The notes beneath the pieces are model-generated. The model was not told the DNA's origin. It was given only the letters and a program-made list of their open reading frames with translations, and did not search any database. Of a DNA stretch of 64,000 nt, positions 45,823-56,113 are shown one piece after another (within the stretch, counting starts at the first letter, position 1; every line of letters starts with the position of its first letter). The position numbers were made by a program, and so were the translations under genes. Source of the DNA: Candidatus Daviesbacteria bacterium RIFCSPHIGHO2_02_FULL_43_12 (lineage in GTDB: Bacteria; Patescibacteriota; Microgenomatia; Daviesbacterales; UBA10151); contig MFDD01000014.1 in assembly GCA_001776775.1 (NCBI GenBank), positions 3,684 to 67,683 of the forward strand, in the 5' to 3' direction.

Positions 45823-47277
45823 ATGAACAAAGAGACAAATATATTTTTGTTTGGGTTTTCTATCAGACAGGCGCTTATTATATTATTGATAGTTACATTC
45901 TTTCTGAGATTTTTCCGAATCTCTTATCCGACAACCTTTGTTTTTGACGAAGTCTATCACGGGTTCACTGCGGTGCAATATTCTCTGGGATCTAAAGAAG
46001 CTTGGGAATGGTGGACTACCCCACCCAAAGGAGTGGCCTTTGAATGGACCCATCCTCCTCTGGCCAAAGAGATCATGGCCTCTTCCTTAGTTTTATTCCG
46101 GACGGAGGAGCCGTGGGGATGGCGAATCCCAGGGGCTTTACTTGGCACAATTTGTGTTTACCTAGTTTTTCTTCTTGGGAAAATGATCTTTAAAAACGAG
46201 TCAGTTGGACTGTTCTCTAGCTTTGCGTTTGCCTTTGACGGTTTAAATTTTGTACAGTCCAGGACAGGGATGAATGACATCTATCTCGTAACCTTTATAC
46301 TGGCTAGTCTAGTACTCTTTTTGAGAAAAAAGTTTGTATTATCGGCGATCCTGTTTGGATTTGCCCTAGCATCCAAGTGGGCAGCAATTTATCTTCTCGG
46401 AGTATATGGCGTATTACTGATACTAGATTTAAAAAACTTCTGGAAGATTATATATTTTCTTATCTTTCCCATAAGTGTCTATCTTTTTTCCTATTTACCC
46501 TTCTTTTGGCTGGGACATACCTTTGATCAATTTTTAGAATTACAAAGACAGATGTGGTATTACCATACCCATCTTAAGGCTAGTCACGATTACGCCTCTC
46601 CCTGGTGGTCTTGGCCCTTTAACCTTGCTCCAGTTTGGTTTCATGTTGACTATTATAAAGATGCGATGGCCAATATCTTTACCTCGGGAAACCCGCTGCT
46701 TTTCTGGTCGGGATTTGTAAGCATGATTTTTTTGATTAAAGGTTTTATACTTTCAAAAAAAGGACAGATTATATATCTAGTCTTAACCGCCTTAACTTTT
46801 ACAATTTTTGCCGGTATTCTAGTAACCCATCCCCAGATAATATATTATCTAAATTTAAATGACCCAAAAGAATCGGTGCAGGTAGTATCCAGTAAAAAAC
46901 TCTCATCTTTACTCACTTACTTACTTCTAGCTTGGGGGGTGATTAGCGGCCTGTTAGCTCTTTTTTTTACTTTAAAACAAGGTGCTCATCATCAATTTTT
47001 AATTATTGCCGGGTACTTTGCTTTTTTACTTCCCTGGTCTGTATCTCCCCGGATTATGTTTCTTTATCATTATAGCGCCTGCGTACCATTTATGGCGATT
47101 GCCCTAGGCTATTTTCTTGCTCATTGGTATAAAAAGCAAAAGGATATGGTGATAGTTTTTTGTTTGATGATCTTGGTCAGTTTTTTCTGGGTCTATCCGT
47201 TCCTAACAGGTCTTCCTTTACCCAAAAACTTAATTTCGCTCTTCTTTGGAACCAATCTCACCAAAAACCCATTTTAG
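45823..47277 (+). CDS. Dolichyl-phosphate-mannose-protein mannosyltransferase-like (GT39/PMT)
   Basis: FDEVYH, HPPLAK, SKW, HDYASPWWSWP, FLYHY; start 45823 avoids overlap with the divergent gene. Confidence 0.85.
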   Translation: MNKETNIFLFGFSIRQALIILLIVTFFLRFFRISYPTTFVFDEVYHGFTAVQYSLGSKEAWEWWTTPPKGVAFEWTHPPLAKEIMASSLVLFRTEEPWGWRIPGALLGTICVYLVFLLGKMIFKNESVGLFSSFAFAFDGLNFVQSRTGMNDIYLVTFILASLVLFLRKKFVLSAILFGFALASKWAAIYLLGVYGVLLILDLKNFWKIIYFLIFPISVYLFSYLPFFWLGHTFDQFLELQRQMWYYHTHLKASHDYASPWWSWPFNLAPVWFHVDYYKDAMANIFTSGNPLLFWSGFVSMIFLIKGFILSKKGQIIYLVLTALTFTIFAGILVTHPQIIYYLNLNDPKESVQVVSSKKLSSLLTYLLLAWGVISGLLALFFTLKQGAHHQFLIIAGYFAFLLPWSVSPRIMFLYHYSACVPFMAIALGYFLAHWYKKQKDMVIVFCLMILVSFFWVYPFLTGLPLPKNLISLFFGTNLTKNPF

Positions 47278-47529
47278 AGATGTCTTCTGGATAGGCTCGG
47301 TAAAAAACTTTTTTAAGGCTGAATTTTTAGCGATCTGTTTGATAGTTCTCATTACTGTATCTGTACCTACTCCAAGCTCCAAAGCGATTGATCGGACAGA
47401 CATTCCATGCTGTCGTAATTTACCGATCATCACCCGACGTTGCATCATCTTAATTTCAGACTCAGAAAGTAGTTCTTTAATCAGCGAAAGAGGGATATCC
47501 ACAGAAAGCTTCTGTCGGGGTTTGGACAT
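47230..47529 (-). CDS. TrpR/YerC-YecD-like HTH protein
   Basis: LLSESEIKMMQRR...SVRSIALELGVGTDTVMR. Confidence 0.75.
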   Translation of the reverse strand: MSKPRQKLSVDIPLSLIKELLSESEIKMMQRRVMIGKLRQHGMSVRSIALELGVGTDTVMRTIKQIAKNSALKKFFTEPIQKTSLKWVFGEIGSKEERN

Positions 47530-47532
47530 AAC

Positions 47533-47805
47533 CTATCTAACCAAACGTTTAATGGTCTTGCCTGCTGCAAAACTGGGTAGTTTTTTACCAGGAATCTGAA
47601 TAGTTGCTCCGGTTTGGGGATTCCGTCCTCTCCGGGCTGCTCGGGAACGCACTAAAAAAGTGCCAAATCCGGTGATGATAGTTTTTTCTCCACGAGTTAA
47701 GTTGTCTCTGATAGTATCAAAAACTGCATTGACAGCATCAGCAGAGGCTCTTTTGGTCAGATTAGATTTTTTGGCAACCTTTTCGATTAATTGATTCTTT
47801 GTCAT
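47533..47805 (-). CDS. hup: Histone-like DNA-binding protein HU
   Basis: GFGTF, GRNPQTG. Confidence 0.95.
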   Translation of the reverse strand: MTKNQLIEKVAKKSNLTKRASADAVNAVFDTIRDNLTRGEKTIITGFGTFLVRSRAARRGRNPQTGATIQIPGKKLPSFAAGKTIKRLVR

Positions 47806-47848
47806 ACGTCTTGTTATAGCAGACCCAATCGAGCTTGTAAAGAGACCT

Positions 47849-49204
47849 TTAAGATCCCGAGGTGAGAAACGAATCCGAATACCGACTTTCGCGGATGGCG
47901 GTAATTTTGACTGCTCCAGGAACCATCACTTCCCGCTGGATCTGTTCACCTATATCGTGAACTAATTTTGGTAGATCATCATCGGAGATTTTATCGGGGG
48001 TAACGATTACGCGTACCTCTCGACCAGCTTGGACGGCAAAAGCTTTTTCGACGGCATCAAAGGAAGTCGCGATTCGCTCGATGTCTTTGAGTCTTTTGAT
48101 ATAATCCTGGACGTTTTCGTGGCGGGCTCCGGGCCTAGCCCCAGAGATACCGTCAGCGATATAACAGATGATCGACTCCACACAAGAAAATGGCTCATCT
48201 TCATGGTGTTGGGCGATACAATCCACAACTTTTTGAGGAAAACCAAACTTTTTGGCAAATTGTACACCTCTCTCGACATGGGTACCTTCATCCCAGTCGG
48301 TTAATATTTTGCCGATATCATGCAGTAAGCAACCTAGACGAACAATATTGACATCAGCCCCCAGCTCTCTAGCTAACTCAACTCCAATTCTGGTTTCTTC
48401 CAAGGTATGTTGAATCATATTTTGCCCATAGGAATAGCGGTACTTAAACCGACCCAGCGTACACATTGCTTCTCGAGGCATATTAAAAACTTCGACATCA
48501 TGACAGAGCTTTTCTCCAGCCTGACACATCAGTTTTTCAACATCTTCCTGGGATTTTTGGACGATCTCTTCAATTCTTTGGGGCTGAATACGACCATCAG
48601 CAATTAGTCTTTCCAAAGAGATCTTGGCAATCTCGCGGCGGACAGGATCGAAAGAAGAAAGAGTCAGGGTATTTGGACTTTCTTCGTCCATGACTACATC
48701 TACTCCTGTTGCTTGCTCGAATGATTTAACATTGCGGCCTTCTCTCCCGATAATGCGGCCCTTCATCTCTTCATCGGGAAGTTGAATCCGAGAGGTAGTG
48801 AATTCACTAATATAATCGGTAACTCCATGAAGCATGGCATCGGCTAGTATCTCTTTTGCTTTTTCGTCAGCGATTAACTTTATTTCGTCTTCAGATTCCC
48901 GAATTTTTTTAGAGATTTCACTGGCTAACTCATGTTCCAGATTTTCTAACAAGACTTTTTTCGCTTCTTCCCTAGACATTTCAGCAGAATTTTCTAGTTT
49001 ACTGACTAAATCCTTACGCAATTTTTCTAACTGGTCAATTTTTTCGCTAGACAACTGCAGCTTTTCGGCGAGTAAACGTTCCCGTTCTTCGAGAATACCT
49101 TCTCTTTTAGCCAGCTCTGATTCTTTAGACACCACATTAATTGTTGGCTCTGAGGCCACAGGAGCAGAGGCGTTTGAGTTTATGGATCCAAAACTTTTTT
49201 TCAT
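47849..49204 (-). CDS. rny: Ribonuclease Y
   Basis: KGRIIGREGRN KH domain, SYGQN, LHDIGK HD, ARPGAR, QAGRE. Confidence 0.95.
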   Translation of the reverse strand: MKKSFGSINSNASAPVASEPTINVVSKESELAKREGILEERERLLAEKLQLSSEKIDQLEKLRKDLVSKLENSAEMSREEAKKVLLENLEHELASEISKKIRESEDEIKLIADEKAKEILADAMLHGVTDYISEFTTSRIQLPDEEMKGRIIGREGRNVKSFEQATGVDVVMDEESPNTLTLSSFDPVRREIAKISLERLIADGRIQPQRIEEIVQKSQEDVEKLMCQAGEKLCHDVEVFNMPREAMCTLGRFKYRYSYGQNMIQHTLEETRIGVELARELGADVNIVRLGCLLHDIGKILTDWDEGTHVERGVQFAKKFGFPQKVVDCIAQHHEDEPFSCVESIICYIADGISGARPGARHENVQDYIKRLKDIERIATSFDAVEKAFAVQAGREVRVIVTPDKISDDDLPKLVHDIGEQIQREVMVPGAVKITAIRESRYSDSFLTSGS

Positions 49205-49307
49205 CTTAAGTTATAAAGGAATTAGGAATAGAACATTTTAGATGTTCTTGAAGAGGGGACGCGCTGATACAACTAATTTAATCCTCATTCTTATCCTTTG
49301 GCTTATC

Positions 49308-49961
49308 TTACTCTTTTTTTAGGAGATTTTCAATAACAGTCTTAGCAATATCATAACTAAAACCTCGACGCAGTAAAAACTCGATCGCCTTTTTCTTTCT
49401 TTCTATAGGAGGTAAATTATTAAACCTCGGCCATTTTTTTTCGAGTAAGGATTGGGCGATCTTGGTTTGGTCTGTCACGCCTTCTTCGCTTAAGACCTGT
49501 TCAATGATCTCTCTGCTGACGCCCTTTTTAATCAGCTCTCCTCTGACGACCATTAAACTTTTTTTACTCCCTCGAGAGAGAACCCAAGCCTTAGTAAACT
49601 CCAGGTCGTTTAAGAGTCCCTTGGTTTTCAGCCTAGCGATTAAAGCATCCTGGACTATCTCACTTAGCTGCTCCTGATCTTTAATCTTCTTTTTGAAATT
49701 AAGTCTTTTTAAATAGCCCCTGATCTCTTTTTCCGTCCTAGCCCGAAACGAGAGGAGGTTATACATCCGATCCATTAGTTTGCCAACAGCGGTTTCAAAA
49801 ATGACTTTTTCTAAATCCTCTGCCGGAATCTCTTTTCCGGAAATTAATCGGAAACGGACGACGGTGTCTTCGTCCGCTCCAAAGCCAAACTGACCATCGA
49901 GAAAAACATTGAATCGCCTTTTGGACGACTTCTGGGGCTCAACCGAAGTTATTTTGGGCAT
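49308..49961 (-). CDS. recX: RecX regulatory protein
   Basis: LSFRARTEKE, LND..F, FLLRRGF; follows recA. Confidence 0.9.
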   Translation of the reverse strand: MPKITSVEPQKSSKRRFNVFLDGQFGFGADEDTVVRFRLISGKEIPAEDLEKVIFETAVGKLMDRMYNLLSFRARTEKEIRGYLKRLNFKKKIKDQEQLSEIVQDALIARLKTKGLLNDLEFTKAWVLSRGSKKSLMVVRGELIKKGVSREIIEQVLSEEGVTDQTKIAQSLLEKKWPRFNNLPPIERKKKAIEFLLRRGFSYDIAKTVIENLLKKE

Positions 49962-51058
49962 CAGCTTAGCTGCTCTTCTATCACCGCAATGTCACCGTCT
50001 GGTTCCTCTTCTTTACCAATCTCCAAATCTTTTCCGGACTTACGTTTTTCCCATAGATCCCGAATCTCTTTTTCTAAACTGGCTGCTTCTTTTTTATTTT
50101 CTTTTAAGTAAATTATTGCCGCTTGTCTACCCTGACCAAGCATTTTTTCTCCCCAGCGCAGGAAAGCTCCCGCTTTATTAATAACTTCCAACTCTATTCC
50201 TACATCAAGCAACTCACCTTCGTGAACAATCCCATCCGAATTCATATCAAATTCTGCTGTTCTAAAAGGTGGTGCTACTTTGTTTTTGACTACCTTGACC
50301 CGATGTCTTGAACCAATCACCACATCCCCTTGTTTAATGTTTTCTATTTTACGAACATCCAAACGGACAGAGGCATAGAATTTTAGGGCTAAGCCTCCGG
50401 TAGTGGTTTCAGGATTTCCAAACATGACCCCAATTTTTTGGCGGAGTTGGTTGGTAAAGATAACAATGGTGTTGGTGCTGGAAATCGCCCCGGTCAGTTT
50501 ACGCAAGGCCTGTGACATTAAACGAGCCTGTACTCCTATCGAAGACTCCCCCATTTCTCCCTCTAGCTCCGACTTGGGGACGAGGGCAGCCACGGAGTCT
50601 ATCACAATAACATCAATACCCCCTGAACGGATTAAGGCATCGGCAATCTCCAGAGCCTGCTCGCCAGTATCCGGCTGAGAGATAAGTAGTTCATCAAGAT
50701 TGACTCCAATATTTTGCGCTCTTTGGGGGTCCAGCGCATGCTCGGCATCGATAAAAGCTGCTACTCCTCCCAATTTTTGAGCTTCGGCAATAACATGCAG
50801 ACAAACTGTGGTTTTACCGGACGCTTCCGGACCATAGATTTCGATAATTCGACCCTTGGGTAAACCCCCTACGCCAAGTGCTAAGTCAGTAGCCAAAGAA
50901 CCTGTCGAGACTATTTCTATGGCATATTTCTCTGTTCTTTCACCGAGTTTCATAATCGAACCAGTCCCGTATTGTTTTTGAATCTGGGCCATGGCCATGG
51001 CGACTGCGGCTTTTTTAGCGTCAGTTGCATTATTTGAAGAGTCTGAGGGTTTTGCCAT
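49961..51058 (-). CDS. recA: Recombinase RecA
   Basis: [25 protein letters not shown]. Confidence 0.98.
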   Translation of the reverse strand: MAKPSDSSNNATDAKKAAVAMAMAQIQKQYGTGSIMKLGERTEKYAIEIVSTGSLATDLALGVGGLPKGRIIEIYGPEASGKTTVCLHVIAEAQKLGGVAAFIDAEHALDPQRAQNIGVNLDELLISQPDTGEQALEIADALIRSGGIDVIVIDSVAALVPKSELEGEMGESSIGVQARLMSQALRKLTGAISSTNTIVIFTNQLRQKIGVMFGNPETTTGGLALKFYASVRLDVRKIENIKQGDVVIGSRHRVKVVKNKVAPPFRTAEFDMNSDGIVHEGELLDVGIELEVINKAGAFLRWGEKMLGQGRQAAIIYLKENKKEAASLEKEIRDLWEKRKSGKDLEIGKEEEPDGDIAVIEEQLS

Positions 51059-51154
51059 TATATAGATTTATTATACAGTTCCCCTTCACTTTTGCAAGTC
51101 AGAAAAATATGTATTTACGTATGGATACATGACTACAGATAATCTTTTTTACAT

Positions 51155-52076
51155 TCATATCTGATTCGTCCTAGCTGCCTTCTTGGGGTGGGTTAAAGTA
51201 GGTTTCACGAAGTCTTCGATCATTACTTGATAGTGACTATCCTTATATAGATCTTTGGGATAAATTTCAAGCAGAGGCAGCTTATACTTCTTGACTAGAT
51301 TGAGCTTAATTTCTCGCAGTTCGTCATATCGAGTGTGCTCGCCTGCTAGCCCGAAGAATTCAATTAGTTTATCACCTATTCTAAAATCAGCAGAATATTG
51401 TTTCATTGGATATTGGATAAGGAACGTTTCTTAGATGCTCAATCCCTCTTTCGCTGAGGAAGTCATCGATTACTTTTTCTGCCATTGAATCACAAATATG
51501 TCAGTCTTTAGCTATTTGATGATTCGAGAACAAAACTGGATTAGGTATAAAACCTGCTTCCTGAATGGCACTATTCCACGTACCATAAAACTTTCTCGCT
51601 GGTTTATAATATCTATTCAATTCCTTTTTTACAGGCACTCGTTGATTGTTTTTAACAAAAAGTTTAATAGCAGATATAACTCCCTCTGCTGTATGAATCG
51701 TTTGGTGCTTTTCTAAATAATCTTTACGTGAATCTTCACGGCAGTGCATCGAACAAAACTTACTTTTTCTATTGAGTATCGCCTTACTACACCAAGCACA
51801 TAGTTTCGATTCTTTTCTGTTAATCCTACCTCGATTAGTTATGCTGGCTGCACAATGATGAGAGCAGAAGTTACGAGAGGACAAGTGTGAAAGTATTCTA
51901 TTAAATCCTTTACCGCAATTTTCGCATTTGGTTTGAATCTGCTTACTTTTAGCTATTCTTTGACAGCTTAATGAACAATAGAATTTGTGTCCAAGTTTTA
52001 TATTCTCATTAATATGGCGACTATCCTTACAGAATTTTTCTGAACAGATAAAGCAAGCAACAAAGGAGGAGGGCAT
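51155..52076 (-). pseudogene. Cys-repeat / homing-endonuclease-associated repeat / PD-(D/E)XK-like endonuclease, inactivated
   Basis: CxxC..FCSxxC repeats, YGTWNSAIQEAG; in-frame TGA at 51501-51503 in AKD*HICDS; 7-bp duplication at 51406-51419; ADF...IEFFG. Confidence 0.75.
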
Positions 52077-52134
52077 TGCCAAGATAATACCCGAATAAAA
52101 CCCTAATGTCAAGAAATTTAGATATATCCTATAG

Positions 52135-52208
52135 TCGGGGTGACTGGGCTTGAACCAGCGAAACCTCTCGACCCCCAGCCGAGCGCTCTACCACTGAGCT
52201 ACACCCCG
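52135..52208 (-). tRNA. tRNA-Pro(GGG), CCA not encoded
   Basis: CGGGGTG/CACCCCG acceptor, CTCGG-CTGGGGG-TCGAG anticodon arm, TTCAAGC T-loop. Confidence 0.93.
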
Positions 52209-52263
52209 AGAACTGTTGTATTTTATCATGGTAGAATAGGTATTACCAACTAAAAAGTTGAGT

Positions 52264-52869
52264 TTACTTAATCTCTAAACTTTTCCAGAGAATTCGGCAG
52301 GCGTAGGTTTTAAAAGGACTCCATTTCGAAACAATCTTTTCAATCTCTTCTTTGGTTGGACTGTCTAGTTGGTATATCTTTTTAATCGCATTTTTAAGCC
52401 CTAAATCTCCATGGGAAAAAATATCTTCTCTGCCCAGAGTAAACATCAGAAACATTTCAGCAGTCCAAGGTCCAATTCCTTTGACTTTAGTTAGTTGTTC
52501 TACTACCTGGGAATTTTCCAAAGCGATGATATTCACTAAATCTAATTCCCCACTTAATACCTTCTCACTTAAATCTTTGATAAATCTGGCCTTGGCATTG
52601 GACATGCCGGTCGATCTCAGTTGTTCATGAGATAGTTTCAAGACCAGGTATGGGGTAATGACTTCCCCTTTAAACAGATTTTTAAAACGTTCGAAAATTA
52701 CTGTTGCAACTTTTCCAGAAAGCTGTTGAGAAATTATTTCATCACATAAAGAAACAAAAAATTGGCTGGATTCTCGACTAAGTAAGTCTTCTATTTCACT
52801 AACTTGATCAATCAGCTTACTCAAGACTGGGTCAGCCTGAGAAAAATGCTCGCGTATTTGTTGCCGCAT
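52264..52869 (-). CDS. alkA: DNA-3-methyladenine glycosylase II (HhH-GPD)
   Basis: IISQQLS, KGIGPWTA, GDLG, WSPF. Confidence 0.88.
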   Translation of the reverse strand: MRQQIREHFSQADPVLSKLIDQVSEIEDLLSRESSQFFVSLCDEIISQQLSGKVATVIFERFKNLFKGEVITPYLVLKLSHEQLRSTGMSNAKARFIKDLSEKVLSGELDLVNIIALENSQVVEQLTKVKGIGPWTAEMFLMFTLGREDIFSHGDLGLKNAIKKIYQLDSPTKEEIEKIVSKWSPFKTYACRILWKSLEIK

Positions 52870-52878
52870 TCAAACAAA

Positions 52879-53373
52879 CTAGAATGATAGCTCGCCGCAA
52901 GAAACATAGGTTGCCGGCTCTGAGGTGGACTTATGAATATTAATAGCCAAAGGAAGGGCAGCTTTTAGGGAAGCTAATGTGGTCTCGATCGTAGTCTCTG
53001 ACTTTCCAGCGGAAACACTTGTTAAAGGATACTTAACCTCACCAACTCCGGGACATATACCGACATGAATATGGGCCGGCTGAGTCACTGCCGCCGGAGC
53101 ACCTGTCAACATGACAGATACTTGGACCTTACCATTTACTTCTGTCAAAGTTGCAATGCCAGATTCTGACGACTCGTTTTCAGCCTGTAAGGCTACCGTC
53201 ACTGGCTTTGTCATCGCAGCACCAGTGGTACTTTCCTCCGTAGCAGATACGGCAGGTGACTGTGTTGGATAACTAGTGGGTGAGGGGGTATTGGCACTCT
53301 TACCCGCCAACATAAAGTAAGCCAGAAGAGCTATAACCACTACTGCACCAATAACTAACCATTGTTTTGACAC
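52879..53373 (-). CDS. Membrane-anchored CHRD/Cu-Zn-SOD-like domain protein
   Basis: TM, P/T linker, QPAHIHVGICP, INIH, CG. Confidence 0.6.
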   Translation of the reverse strand: MSKQWLVIGAVVVIALLAYFMLAGKSANTPSPTSYPTQSPAVSATEESTTGAAMTKPVTVALQAENESSESGIATLTEVNGKVQVSVMLTGAPAAVTQPAHIHVGICPGVGEVKYPLTSVSAGKSETTIETTLASLKAALPLAINIHKSTSEPATYVSCGELSF

Positions 53374-53441
53374 TGTATAATTATTTTCTGCTGGGGCTAG
53401 CTGTTTGTCAAGATTCCAATATTTTTCTGTTAAAATAAGGT

Positions 53442-53930
53442 GTGAGAAAGGCTACTCTAGTTTTTTTAATACGAGGCAAAGAGCTACTTTTAGCGATGAA
53501 AAAGACAGGCTTTGGTAAGGGTAAATGGAATGGTGTCGGAGGTAAAGTAGAACCGGGTGAATCCGTTGAGCAAGCAGCCAAGAGAGAAGCCCTCGAGGAG
53601 ATTGGGGTTACGATTACAATCTCCGATCTTCTAAAAGTTGCCGATATTCAGTTTTTGTTTCCTCAAGGTTTAGATAAAAACAACAATCAACAGGTCAGTG
53701 TCTTTTTGGTTAATAATTGGCAGGGAGAACCAACAGAGTCTAGCGAAATGAAACCCAAATGGTTTAAGACCAGTGAGATCCCTTACCAACAAATGTGGTC
53801 CGATGATAAGTTATGGTTACCTGAAGTGTTAAGAGGTCGTAAGATCTCTGCGGAGTTTACTTTTGATAAAAAAGAAGAGATAAGTAAATTTCTAATTACA
53901 GATTTAGCGCTGAAGCCAGTTACTGCTTAA
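53442..53930 (+). CDS. NUDIX hydrolase, MTH1-like 8-oxo-dGTPase
   Basis: KKTGFGKGKWNGVGGK, Nudix box, MWSDD..W. Confidence 0.88.
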   Translation: MRKATLVFLIRGKELLLAMKKTGFGKGKWNGVGGKVEPGESVEQAAKREALEEIGVTITISDLLKVADIQFLFPQGLDKNNNQQVSVFLVNNWQGEPTESSEMKPKWFKTSEIPYQQMWSDDKLWLPEVLRGRKISAEFTFDKKEEISKFLITDLALKPVTA

Positions 53931-55038
53931 CCACTTTTTCCCAGGAGAATTCATCGCGACCGAAATGTCCGTAAGAAGAGGTTGCAAGATAGACCGGTTT
54001 ACGCAAATCTAGTCCACTTAAAATTCCTTCAACTGAAGTATCCAGAATTTTGGACATAAAGTCTTGAATCGCTTCCGACGAAACTTTGGCCGTTCCGAAG
54101 GTCTCAACCTCTTGCATTAAAGGTTTTTTAGCTCCGATAAAAAAAGCTAAGCGAACTTCGGCTTTGCTGGCTAAGCCATTGGCGACAATATTTTTAGCTA
54201 AAAACCTGGCCGCATATGCCCCGGACCGATCGACTTTGGTTGGGTCTTTACCGGAAAAACATCCACCACCAACCCGAGCATACCCGCCATACCCATCAAC
54301 GACAATCTTCCTACCAGTTAGTCCTGTATCGGCCGAGGGACCACCGTTATGCCAAACTCCGGTGCCATTAACGATCAAATCCTCCATCGACACCTCAAAG
54401 CCGTATTTTTTTAGAACCTCGGTCACGATCTTTTCATAAACGTCATTTTTGACTTGCTCAAGGGTAATTTCTTCTTTATGTGGAACAGCGATCACTACTT
54501 TGGAAACGCTGACTGGCTTACCATCTTGGTAGTCAACAGTTACCTGAGTTTTACCGTCCGGACGTAAATAATCTAGGATACTTTTTTCTCTAACCTCGTC
54601 AATTCGGCGGGCTAACTGGTGGGCGATCATAATTGGCATGGGCATAAGCTCGGGGGTCTCATTACAAGCAAAACCAAACATCATCCCCTGATCTCCTGCT
54701 CCCCGCTCTTCCATCACCCCAACGGCGATCTCCGGAGACTGAGCGTGGACATAGACATCGATGGGGGACTGGTCGGTAAATTCAAATTTAGGGTCGGTAT
54801 AGCCCAAGCGGACAACCTGCTCCTGGGCAGTTTTTAGAATATCTATTTTAGCAGTACTGGTAGTTTCCCCAGCAATCACCAAACGTCCATAAGTGGCAAG
54901 TGATTCGATAGCTACTCGACCCCGGGGATCTTGGGTTAAAATAGCGTCAACGACAGCGTCAGAGATGGCATCGCAGACTTTATCGGGATGACCGGCACAA
55001 ACTGATTCGGATGTAAAGGTAGTGTTATTATTTGGCAT
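53920..55038 (-). CDS. metK: S-adenosylmethionine synthetase
   Basis: FTSESVCAGHPDK, GAGDQG, GGGCFSGKD; ATG 55038 lies just after the riboswitch terminator. Confidence 0.97.
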   Translation of the reverse strand: MPNNNTTFTSESVCAGHPDKVCDAISDAVVDAILTQDPRGRVAIESLATYGRLVIAGETTSTAKIDILKTAQEQVVRLGYTDPKFEFTDQSPIDVYVHAQSPEIAVGVMEERGAGDQGMMFGFACNETPELMPMPIMIAHQLARRIDEVREKSILDYLRPDGKTQVTVDYQDGKPVSVSKVVIAVPHKEEITLEQVKNDVYEKIVTEVLKKYGFEVSMEDLIVNGTGVWHNGGPSADTGLTGRKIVVDGYGGYARVGGGCFSGKDPTKVDRSGAYAARFLAKNIVANGLASKAEVRLAFFIGAKKPLMQEVETFGTAKVSSEAIQDFMSKILDTSVEGILSGLDLRKPVYLATSSYGHFGRDEFSWEKVVKQ

Positions 55039-55039
55039 T

Positions 55040-55187
55040 AAAAAACCTCTGATCAAGAGGCTAAAGATTTCCCGTACCATGCGATACAGGACACATCTTC
55101 CCCGCCTGGGCGAGGATCTGGCACCTTACTTAATATATTAAGAAGGTTGCCGCCATGTATCAATCAATACATGATCTCTTGATGACT
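55040..55187 (-). promoter_or_regulatory. SAM riboswitch (SAM-I/IV-like) with intrinsic terminator
   Basis: CATCAAGAG...GGCAACC...GGTGCCA.ATCC...GGAAGATG, extra 3' hairpin, then CCTCT-TGATC-AGAGG-TTTTTT; upstream of metK. Confidence 0.9.
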
Positions 55188-55270
55188 TAGATATTCAAAC
55201 ACAATTTTACCCTGTTTGCAATAGCAAATCTCAGTTCAATTTTGATTGAAGCATTCTTTTTTGATACTAT

Positions 55271-56113
55271 ATGGCTAAACTTATGGAAGGACCTGAAACA
55301 TCAGCTAATTTAGTAGAATCACTCCAGAATGGTTACATAAATATTGTCGATAGATCTCCTCAAACTCCAAAAACCCCGGTACCTGTATTTATATCTCCTG
55401 GGTGGAGCGAAACCCCGCAGGTGTTCGAAGATACAATCCAAGAATTTTTAGATGCTGGTCGCCGAGTAATAGCACTTAGCTATTCTGGCACACGCAAAAG
55501 CGACAATGAGACTAATTATCCAAACTTAGAAGTCGCTAAAGGAGAGGCAATTTTAGAGGTAATAAGACTTAAGGGCATTAAACAAGCTGACGTAGTCGGT
55601 CACTCAGAAGGAGCAATTGGAGCAGTGATCGCAGCGTCCCTGGAGCCTGGCAGCATTAGAAATCTTATTTTGGTATCGCCGGCCGGTTTTATCGGAAAAG
55701 ATAGCTTTCCTAAGCTGCTAGGAAGATTCTCCAGAAAAGTTATACAAGATCATTACCGACTGCTGACAGATAGACAATCAAGAAAACCGATGTCTCGCTT
55801 CCTGAAGCAAGGTCTTCGATTTGCAGTTTCACACCCGATCCAAGGGTTAAAAGAGGCGGTAGCTATTTCTCAGGTACAGTTGGGAGAGACCTTAAAAGAG
55901 TTACACGATTTAGGGGTAGGGACAGCAATTATTGCTGGTACTAATGACCCATTGTTTCATATGGCGAAATTGCAACGAACCGTAAAGTCAAGCATGATTG
56001 ATGGTTTTATATCAACTAAAGCTGGGCATGACGAGCTTCATCTCCAGCACAGCTACGCCAGAGCTATGGAACGAGTGCTAACAAGTTTAGAAAATAAAGC
56101 ATCAAGGCATTAA
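55271..56113 (+). CDS. Alpha/beta hydrolase
   Basis: PGW, GHSEG nucleophile elbow, GTND, GHD. Confidence 0.85.
   Translation: MAKLMEGPETSANLVESLQNGYINIVDRSPQTPKTPVPVFISPGWSETPQVFEDTIQEFLDAGRRVIALSYSGTRKSDNETNYPNLEVAKGEAILEVIRLKGIKQADVVGHSEGAIGAVIAASLEPGSIRNLILVSPAGFIGKDSFPKLLGRFSRKVIQDHYRLLTDRQSRKPMSRFLKQGLRFAVSHPIQGLKEAVAISQVQLGETLKELHDLGVGTAIIAGTNDPLFHMAKLQRTVKSSMIDGFISTKAGHDELHLQHSYARAMERVLTSLENKASRH

Noticed and set aside
49215-49300. Another inverted heptamer array between recX and rny (aaggaat taggaat / atcctc attctt atcctt)
   Set aside because: Only 2-3 irregular units; too weak to call
51501-51503. UGA read as Gly (genetic code 25) because TGA sits at an expected Gly position
   Set aside because: TGA terminates well-defined genes in the window (recA, secY, transketolase N subunit) and the same gene has a second lesion; a GGA-to-TGA mutation is simpler
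51059-52208. Integrated element at tRNA-Pro (or tRNA-Gln)
   Set aside because: No integrase and no duplicated tRNA 3' end noticed
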